A DNA stretch of 25,211 nt from a virus (taxonomy: Duplodnaviria; Caudoviricetes). The stretch spans positions 1 to 25,211 of the IMG/VR virus record IMGVR_UViG_3300035148_000116; one strand, written 5' to 3'. The notes beneath the pieces are model-generated. The model made no database searches. It was not told where the DNA came from and worked only from the letters and a program-made list of their open reading frames with translations. Shown here piece after piece: positions 16,514 through 22,417 of this stretch (positions within the stretch are counted from its first letter, which is position 1; each line of letters starts with the position of its first letter). The position numbers and the translations under genes were made by a program.

Positions 16514-18670
16514 CTACTTCTGCTCCGTTTGTTGCGCCGCAGCATTGGCTTCAGCCTGCTCAAGCTGAAGTTCGTGCTGCTGTTGACTATGCTCCATGTC
16601 CTGCATATGGGTCATAGCATTGGTCGCCATCTTGGTCTCTGCCTTGATGACTTCCCCCTCTGCCTGGATTTGATACTTCTCACGCAGAGCCTGCATCTCC
16701 AGCTGGTGACGCTCACGTGCGAACGCCAGCTCCTGCTGCATCATGGTCAGCTTGGCGTTGTTCAGGGCATTATCGGAAGCCATTTCCGCTTGCAGCCGCG
16801 CCATCTCTTGCTCGTGCTTCTGCTGAGCGGCCTGCATATCCTGCTGAGCCTTCTGCTGGGACGCCTGCATTTCAGACTGCGCCTTCTGCTGTTCAGGGTC
16901 AGGCTGCGGCGGTTCAGCTTGCTTCTTCTGAAGCGCCGCCATCGCCGCTGCCGCGCCCTGATCGATGATGCCCTCAATGTCACGGGAAGCTCTAAAGCCA
17001 GCCACCGCGAACTTGAGCAGCCCGAACATCATGGGGGCCGTCTCAGGCGCTTTCTCAGCAGCCATCGCAGCCTTCTCAATGAACTGCGAGGCATTAATCA
17101 GGAAGTCCATCCGCTCTTCCTTCTCCCGCTGCCAGTCCACGTCAGTGAACGTGTCGGCGGTGACCAGGATGCGAAACTTCGCGTTGAACTTATCCTTCAG
17201 CAACTGGACAGCAGGCTCCAGCAACGGCTGGTCTTCCTGAGGAAACGTTCCGGCCTGCTGAAGCAACCGCTCCGGCTGGTAGAACGTGCACATCAGGTGC
17301 GCCTTGATCGTGAACACTCGCGAGAAGAAGTACGCGACCTCGTCCTGCTGGGAAGTCAGCCGAACTGAGGCATACTGCGCCTTGATCTTCTGAGCGGCAG
17401 CGGTCTCACTAGCTTGAGAGGCTCCCCGGATAATATCCGCGAGGCCTGTAAGCTCATAGATCTGCTGCTTGATCGTGTCACGAGCTTGGTTCAGCTGCTG
17501 GATGACCGTGGCAACGTGCTCCACCGGCAGCCAGTCCACAACACCCTTCAGCCCACCCTTTTCGCTGAACGCCGCCCACTGATCCACAGGAATCAGCTGG
17601 TTCTCCGACGCCTGCTGGAGCATACGCTGAACGCCGTCGGCTTTCTTGTCGTACACACCGACGACCTTACACGCCTGCACCAGATAACTGATGCGGGTGT
17701 TGATAACGTCCAATTCCTCGTACTGATCCTGGCACAGCAGGTAGTCAGCATTGGGAATCATGTTCGTTGTCGTCGTAGAGGCGAACAACGGCTTCGGCAT
17801 TGGGAAGAATTCCGGAAGCTTCAGGAAGTCCTTCTTCTCATCGAGCGGCTTTTTCAGCCCTTTCGCGAGCCAAATGACCGTTTTGCTCTTGCGGTCCCAG
17901 ATCTCGTAGACCAAGCCCTTCTTAAGGACCTGATTCTTCGGCCCCATCGGGTTGCCCGACGATGAACGGGCGTCCATGTTCCGCGCACCGATCTTGTCAA
18001 GCGGAACATTCTTGAATTCATCGCCAAAACGTCGCACTCCCTCGTCGCGGCTGAGGTATACCTTCCGTGCGACCCACCAAACCTCCTTCCAAACCCGAGC
18101 CGGCGACCACAGCAGGTCTTCCCAGTAGACGTAATCCAGCGGGGTGGACTCAGATTGGATGGTTTCGACCGGAGTAATCTGATTTCCGGTCTTAATTTCC
18201 GAGTTAACCGTCACAGCCTCGTACCGCTGCCAGACCGTACCCATCCCCGGGATCAGCCGGTCAAGAATTACGGCCTTGAACACCTCGTCGTACGAGTCGC
18301 TTTCCTGAAGTTCATACTCCAAATTCCGCTCAAGGATCTTGGCCGCGACCCGCGCAACGTCATCGTCGGGGTCTTTGAACCGCCGTACGACCTCCGGCCT
18401 CGGCAGCTTGGAGTAGAGCGCCGCCTTCATGATGTTGACGTTGCTGTGGAACAGATTGAAGCGTCGGCTGGACTCCGTTACCCGCCCGATATCCGTGACG
18501 CCCCGCTCATCCAGGTAACGTCCTACGATCTGGTTCCCTCGCTTGTGGAACCGTTGCATCTCCTTTTCGGCCGCGATGATCTGCGTCTGCCAAAAAGTCT
18601 GCCGCTCGTCAGGAGTTCTGGTGCTGCTCGCGTACGAGTCGTAGACCGCGCCGGGCTGAGAGGTGCTCAT
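16514..18670 (-). CDS. Portal protein, P22-like, with long C-terminal coiled-coil barrel (718 aa)
   Basis: Size and position after TerL. FNLFHSNV, W..VWWVARKVY, VYEIWD, YELTGLADIIRG motifs. About 130-aa Gln/Ala/Met-rich heptad tail. Confidence 0.88.
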   Translation of the reverse strand: MSTSQPGAVYDSYASSTRTPDERQTFWQTQIIAAEKEMQRFHKRGNQIVGRYLDERGVTDIGRVTESSRRFNLFHSNVNIMKAALYSKLPRPEVVRRFKDPDDDVARVAAKILERNLEYELQESDSYDEVFKAVILDRLIPGMGTVWQRYEAVTVNSEIKTGNQITPVETIQSESTPLDYVYWEDLLWSPARVWKEVWWVARKVYLSRDEGVRRFGDEFKNVPLDKIGARNMDARSSSGNPMGPKNQVLKKGLVYEIWDRKSKTVIWLAKGLKKPLDEKKDFLKLPEFFPMPKPLFASTTTTNMIPNADYLLCQDQYEELDVINTRISYLVQACKVVGVYDKKADGVQRMLQQASENQLIPVDQWAAFSEKGGLKGVVDWLPVEHVATVIQQLNQARDTIKQQIYELTGLADIIRGASQASETAAAQKIKAQYASVRLTSQQDEVAYFFSRVFTIKAHLMCTFYQPERLLQQAGTFPQEDQPLLEPAVQLLKDKFNAKFRILVTADTFTDVDWQREKEERMDFLINASQFIEKAAMAAEKAPETAPMMFGLLKFAVAGFRASRDIEGIIDQGAAAAMAALQKKQAEPPQPDPEQQKAQSEMQASQQKAQQDMQAAQQKHEQEMARLQAEMASDNALNNAKLTMMQQELAFARERHQLEMQALREKYQIQAEGEVIKAETKMATNAMTHMQDMEHSQQQHELQLEQAEANAAAQQTEQK

Positions 18671-18825
18671 TTCTGCTTCCTGATCGCGGCTGCAAGATGC
18701 TTGGCCTTGTCAGCCTGATTGAATTCCTTTGCGACGCTAACGGGTGGGCCTCCACCTCCAGGCTTCTTCCACCCGTGAGCGACTGCGGCCATGAGCCGCG
18801 CCTGTGCTGCCGACTTACTTGGCAT
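18667..18825 (-). CDS. Small basic phage protein (52 aa, MPSKSAAQARLMAAVAHG...VAKEFNQADK)
   Basis: Recognisable MPS.S..Q...MAAVAH...V.KEF..AD small phage protein pattern. ATGA overlap with the portal start. Confidence 0.7.
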   Translation of the reverse strand: MPSKSAAQARLMAAVAHGWKKPGGGGPPVSVAKEFNQADKAKHLAAAIRKQK

Positions 18826-19102
18826 CGCCCATCGCTTCGTCGAGCGCTCGCTCAATCTGACCACGACGGCCGGTGTACGACTTGGCGGCCCTCGCAGCTA
18901 CGCCGTCGCCCAGCATTCCGGGTTTGGGCTTCTCATACTCTTTGGCCTCTTCACGCGCCCACTTCTTGCCGGTCGCGCCTCCGTGCTCCTTGCGCTCTTC
19001 CTTGGCCCACGTGTCTGACGGCGGCATCGCCTTATGCTCGCCCTCCGACTCTTCCTTGTTGAGCCACTTGATCAAACCGGCCAGAATTCCGTTCTTGTCC
19101 AT
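18815..19102 (-). CDS. Hypothetical charged protein (95 aa)
   Basis: TAATG coupling to the TerL stop, Lys/Glu-rich, internal WAKEE/WAREE repeat. Confidence 0.65.
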   Translation of the reverse strand: MDKNGILAGLIKWLNKEESEGEHKAMPPSDTWAKEERKEHGGATGKKWAREEAKEYEKPKPGMLGDGVAARAAKSYTGRRGQIERALDEAMGDAK

Positions 19103-20439
19103 TACCTGATCCTCCCTACGAATTGACGCATATGTTGTTCATGGTCCTGCCAGAGCGCGTCAAGAGTATACGCGGGCGGAGGCAGAGTAATGATGCTCGA
19201 TTCACGCTTCGGGGCTGTGAGCGTGGCGGGCTCAATGGAGAGTGCCAACTGCCGGAAGGCGTCGGCGAAGTCTGATGCCCAGTTGTGGAGGGGCTTGTCC
19301 AGGTATCGCTTGTTCTCTTCGTCATACTTCTTCTGGTAGACCTTCAGCGCCTCAATGCCGATGTAGCACTTCTCCGCATCAAAGTTGCATCGCTTCAGAA
19401 GTTTCCGGGTGGCCTGAATCCCATCCTGCAAGTCCAAGCGGGGAACGATCTCACACTTCAGCTGGTGGTCATACGCGAGCTGTTCGATAACTGAGCGTTT
19501 CGTCGCCAGAGTTTTCGCCTTCGCGTCATGCGGCAGGAAGTGAGTGTCGTAATCGTAGTCCTTGGACCTCAGCACCTCTACGAAGTGGTCCACGTCCTTG
19601 CCGTTCGCGGCGTACACGTCCAGGACGCGTATCTCCTTCGCCACCTCTTGCGCGAACCAGATGACCGTGTTGTCGTTGCGCCCGATGTCCCAGTAGGTGT
19701 TGACCTTGAAGCTCTCCTCCCATGGGACGGCACCGATGCGCCCTTCCACGGAGGCCTTCTTCATCTCAGCTCCGTAGTACGCCCCGACAATCGCCGCTTC
19801 AAAGTCGCACTCGTACTCTTGGTTGTACTGATCCTCCGTCATCGACTTCCGCGCGTCCTCCAGCTCGTCTGCTGGAATGATGCCGGTTTCGGAGGCCTTC
19901 AGTTCTAGATACAACCAGTCCGGGTCGTTGCGGGCCTGCTCCCGAACGTCGTAGAAGGCATTGTGTCCCTTCGGGGTGCCGATGAACGTCGCCCATCCAC
20001 GTCGGTCACTCAGCAGCGGACGGATAACCGTACCCCAGATGGCCGGGTTCATGTCCGCGAACTCGTCCAGGATGACCCCGTCCAAGTAGATACCCCGGAG
20101 GGCGTCGATGTTATCCGCGCCAAAGAGCCGTATCAGACTCCCGTTCATCAGGCTCACACTGAGCTCTGACTCCAGCACCTTGGACTGTATCCCCTCCGTA
20201 CCTTTCTTCAGGTAGTCCCACGCGATCATCTTGGCCTGACCGTAGTACGGCGCGATGTACGCATATCGCGCGTCCTTCTTTCGCGTGTAGAGCGCCCGCG
20301 TGACCGTGTCGTTAACGACCCCTACGGTCTTCCCCGCGCGGCGGTGGGCGACGATACAAGTCCATCGGTTCGCCCGTTCGTGGTACGGGAGGAACTGGAT
20401 CCGGGGCTCGTATGGGAGCTTCCGGAGTACTTCATTCAT
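19102..20439 (-). CDS. terL: Terminase large subunit
   Basis: Q-motif PRIQ, Walker A HRRAGKT, Walker B VILDEFA, FIGTPKG coupling motif, RNase H-like nuclease residues WDIGRND and SDFADAFR. Confidence 0.95.
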   Translation of the reverse strand: MNEVLRKLPYEPRIQFLPYHERANRWTCIVAHRRAGKTVGVVNDTVTRALYTRKKDARYAYIAPYYGQAKMIAWDYLKKGTEGIQSKVLESELSVSLMNGSLIRLFGADNIDALRGIYLDGVILDEFADMNPAIWGTVIRPLLSDRRGWATFIGTPKGHNAFYDVREQARNDPDWLYLELKASETGIIPADELEDARKSMTEDQYNQEYECDFEAAIVGAYYGAEMKKASVEGRIGAVPWEESFKVNTYWDIGRNDNTVIWFAQEVAKEIRVLDVYAANGKDVDHFVEVLRSKDYDYDTHFLPHDAKAKTLATKRSVIEQLAYDHQLKCEIVPRLDLQDGIQATRKLLKRCNFDAEKCYIGIEALKVYQKKYDEENKRYLDKPLHNWASDFADAFRQLALSIEPATLTAPKRESSIITLPPPAYTLDALWQDHEQHMRQFVGRIR

Positions 20440-20758
20440 CAAGGGCCGTCCGGGGAAGGACCATCTTCAGCGTCGCGTCCACGTTGGCATTCATCTCTTG
20501 GGGAAGCATACGCGAGTAGAGCTTGTAGAATTCGGTGGGCTGCTGATCAGCCCATAGCGCGAAGCGGGGAACCCCTCCAATCAACTCAAAGGCCGTGTGG
20601 AAGGCCCGCTCGACGTTCTTACGGCCGACGCTGCGTGGAACTGGGTACGGACGGGTTCGTTGCGCGAGGGCCTGGAACGTATTGTCCATTTCCTGCTCAG
20701 CCAGAGCTTCATACTCGGCCTGAGTCAGGACCTCAACTTTCGCTGGTGCGTTCGCCAT
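20432..20758 (-). CDS. terS: Putative terminase small subunit (108 aa)
   Basis: Overlaps the terL start. AF..IGG...F..WA...P.EFYKLYSRMLP pattern resembles small-terminase-position proteins. Confidence 0.7.
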   Translation of the reverse strand: MANAPAKVEVLTQAEYEALAEQEMDNTFQALAQRTRPYPVPRSVGRKNVERAFHTAFELIGGVPRFALWADQQPTEFYKLYSRMLPQEMNANVDATLKMVLPRTALDE

Positions 20759-20764
20759 ACGCGC

Positions 20765-20793
20765 ATACTACCACAGTACGGATCGGAATGCAA
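20765..20793 (-). promoter_or_regulatory. sigma70-type promoter of terS / late operon
   Basis: TTGCAT-17 nt-TAGTAT with extended -10 TG. ATG follows 6 nt later. Confidence 0.65.
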
Positions 20794-20956
20794 GAGGTAG
20801 ACTCCCCACATGATGGTGCGGTGCAGCATATACTGTCTACTCCACATCTAGGTGGGCATGAACTCCACACTCCGGATTTTAGTAGATCCTATGGTTGGAG
20901 GTCCACTGCGTGTTTTTAGCCGTACTCCCCTGCCTTTTTCATCCCCTCCCCGAGTC

Positions 20957-21038
20957 GCCCAGTCTGGGCATCGTCGTCGTCCGCCCAGAATGGGCTCGTG
21001 CCCAGAATGGGCAGCTCCGCGCTCCGCCCAGTCTGGGC
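20957..21038. repeat. Four 13-bp palindromes GCCCAG(TC/AA)TGGGC
   Basis: Copies start at 20957, 20983, 21000 and 21026, in A-B-B-A order with start spacings 26/17/26. Confidence 0.9.
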
Positions 21039-21043
21039 GCTGA

Positions 21044-21216
21044 TAGTGGGCGCTTACGAACAGCGCACCAAGATGGGGCAGTCGCTAGTGGGCGCTTACG
21101 AGCGAAGACCCTCCACGACAGTAGGGTATCGAAGTGGTCGCTAACTAGCGATGACCCCACGAGTTAGTGGGTCTTTACGTTAGTGGTCACTTGCACTGAA
21201 GTGGGCGCTTACGAGC
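21044..21216. repeat. AGTGGGCGCTTACGA direct repeats (3 exact, 3 degenerate)
   Basis: Exact copies at 21045, 21087 and 21200. Degenerate copies near 21133, 21166 and 21182. Confidence 0.85.
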
Positions 21217-21249
21217 ATACCCTAGCGCGACGTGGGGTCATCTCACGTC

Positions 21250-21339
21250 CTGGCACGGAGTTTGCTAGGGCAAGGACCATGCCAGTCAGCGCTCGCCGCT
21301 CCGCTGGCACGGAACGTGCTAGGGCAAGCTCCGTGCCAG
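21250..21339. promoter_or_regulatory. Two 36-bp palindromic units, each made of two head-to-head sigma54 -24/-12 boxes
   Basis: Plus TGGCACGGAGTTTGC (21251-21265), minus TGGCATGGTCCTTGC (21284-21270), plus TGGCACGGAACGTGC (21305-21319), minus TGGCACGGAGCTTGC (21338-21324). All are GG-N10-GC. Confidence 0.75.
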
Positions 21340-21487
21340 GACTCCGTCTGTACCGAGACCTTCCGTTTGGCGGCTGGAGCGAAGTGTTGCGTCTTTACAA
21401 CCTTCTGCGACGCGGTTGACCTTACACTACGCTTGTTGGGTGGTTCGGGGGCAGTCGCCTACCGGCCCAACGTCTAGGGTGTCCATC

Positions 21488-21886
21488 ATGGCGAAAACCG
21501 CCAAGCAAGTCCAGGCTCCGGCCTCCGCCGAAGCTCAACCCGCTCGCATCACGCTCGGCGTGGCGCGCTCCATCAACTTCGGCAAGACGGCTAACCCGTC
21601 CGCGCTGGAGCCTGCGGGCGTCGTCAAAACCGCGAAGGGCGAAAACGCCAAGCGGGTCCGCGTTTACGGCTACGACAACGGAGCGCAGGGTGGCCGGGTC
21701 AACAAGGCCGCCTCCATCGCCATCGTCCCGGGCACGACGGGCACGCCGAAGGGCGTTACCGCCGGACAGTGGGCGGCGCTCACCGAGCAGTCGGGCAAGT
21801 CGGTTGAGTCCGCGTATGCGGCCGGCGTCACGGCCCGTACCGTCCGCCGCGCGTATCGCGCCGGCTTCATCCGCTTCGTAGCCTAA
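21488..21886 (+). CDS. Basic Ala/Lys/Arg-rich hypothetical protein (132 aa), possible DNA-binding protein
   Basis: ATG 21488 (MAKTAK), very strong GC3 bias, followed by a hairpin. C-terminal SVESAYAAGVTARTVRRAYRAGFIRF is HTH-like. Confidence 0.75.
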   Translation: MAKTAKQVQAPASAEAQPARITLGVARSINFGKTANPSALEPAGVVKTAKGENAKRVRVYGYDNGAQGGRVNKAASIAIVPGTTGTPKGVTAGQWAALTEQSGKSVESAYAAGVTARTVRRAYRAGFIRFVA

Positions 21887-21892
21887 CGGAGT

Positions 21893-21912
21893 GGGGCGGG
21901 GAAACCCGCCCC
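21893..21912 (+). other. GC-rich GNRA hairpin without U-tract (stabiliser, pause or processing site)
   Basis: GGGGCGGG-GAAA-CCCGCCCC directly after the stop at 21886, followed by TCCTCTCC. Confidence 0.6.
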
Positions 21913-21920
21913 TCCTCTCC

Positions 21921-21983
21921 ATGAGCCTACTCGCGTTCGTCGTCATCTGGGTCGTCCTCGGCCTGCTCTTCAACGGAGACTGA
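21921..21983 (+). CDS. Putative 20-aa single-pass membrane peptide MSLLAFVVIWVVLGLLFNGD
   Basis: ATG..TGA, nearly all codons end in C/G, fully hydrophobic core. No clear SD. Confidence 0.45.
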   Translation: MSLLAFVVIWVVLGLLFNGD

Positions 21984-21984
21984 C

Positions 21985-22020
21985 ATGGAAGTGGAAGAGA
22001 TCTGGGACATCGTCCTCTAG
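21985..22020 (+). CDS. Putative 11-aa peptide MEVEEIWDIVL
   Basis: GGAG SD at 21975-21978, starts 1 nt after the previous stop, ends just before a terminator. Confidence 0.3.
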   Translation: MEVEEIWDIVL

Positions 22021-22025
22021 TCACC

Positions 22026-22050
22026 GACCCGCTCCGGCGGGTCTTTGATT
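22026..22050 (+). terminator. Intrinsic terminator of the small plus-strand unit
   Basis: GACCCGC-TCCG-GCGGGTC followed by TTTGATT. Confidence 0.6.
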
Positions 22051-22100
22051 GACCTGACCAGATGACTCCGTGACCTGAGCTCGGAGTATCAAGCTCCGGG

Positions 22101-22133
22101 TCGCCTATAAGGATCCAGCTCGCCTATAAGGAT
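22101..22133. repeat. 14-bp direct repeat TCGCCTATAAGGAT x2
   Basis: Copies at 22101-22114 and 22120-22133. Confidence 0.85.
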
Positions 22134-22234
22134 AGTCTTGTCGGTACTCCCCACTCCGTTGGATTTCCAGCCTGTTTGGGCGTCCAGCGCCCCGTTTTCC
22201 CGAGGTGCGGAGGTGAACATCTGCGGCAGCTCGT

Positions 22235-22416
22235 TTACCCCCCCTACCACTCTAAACCACCCACTTGCCCTTAATCTATATTCTTATTCAATTTGTTGCT
22301 ATGTAGAGGCGAGTAAAAAGGGTGGTAGGGGTGGTAAGGACCAAAAACCCCTGTAAAAACAAGCACTTAGAGCACCACCCCTAAGGGTGGGTCAAGGGTG
22401 GTTCCAAGGGTGGTAG
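22235..22416. other. Probable replication origin
   Basis: 16-bp inverted repeat (22235-22250 / 22322-22337, 1 mismatch) around an AT-rich core. AAGGGTGG iterons at 22318, 22383, 22394 and 22406. Two IHF-like boxes. Immediately downstream of the primase-helicase gene. Confidence 0.6.
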
Positions 22417-22417
22417 C

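Noticed and set aside
20957-21342. CRISPR or mini-CRISPR array
   Set aside because: Repeats are 13-16 bp with irregular spacing, or only two divergent 36-bp units with an 18-bp gap. No cas genes and no regular repeat-spacer period.
21394-21445. sigma70 promoter for the 132-aa gene (TTTACA, TTGACC and TACACT hexamers present)
   Set aside because: No -35/-10 pair with 16-18 nt spacing could be assembled.
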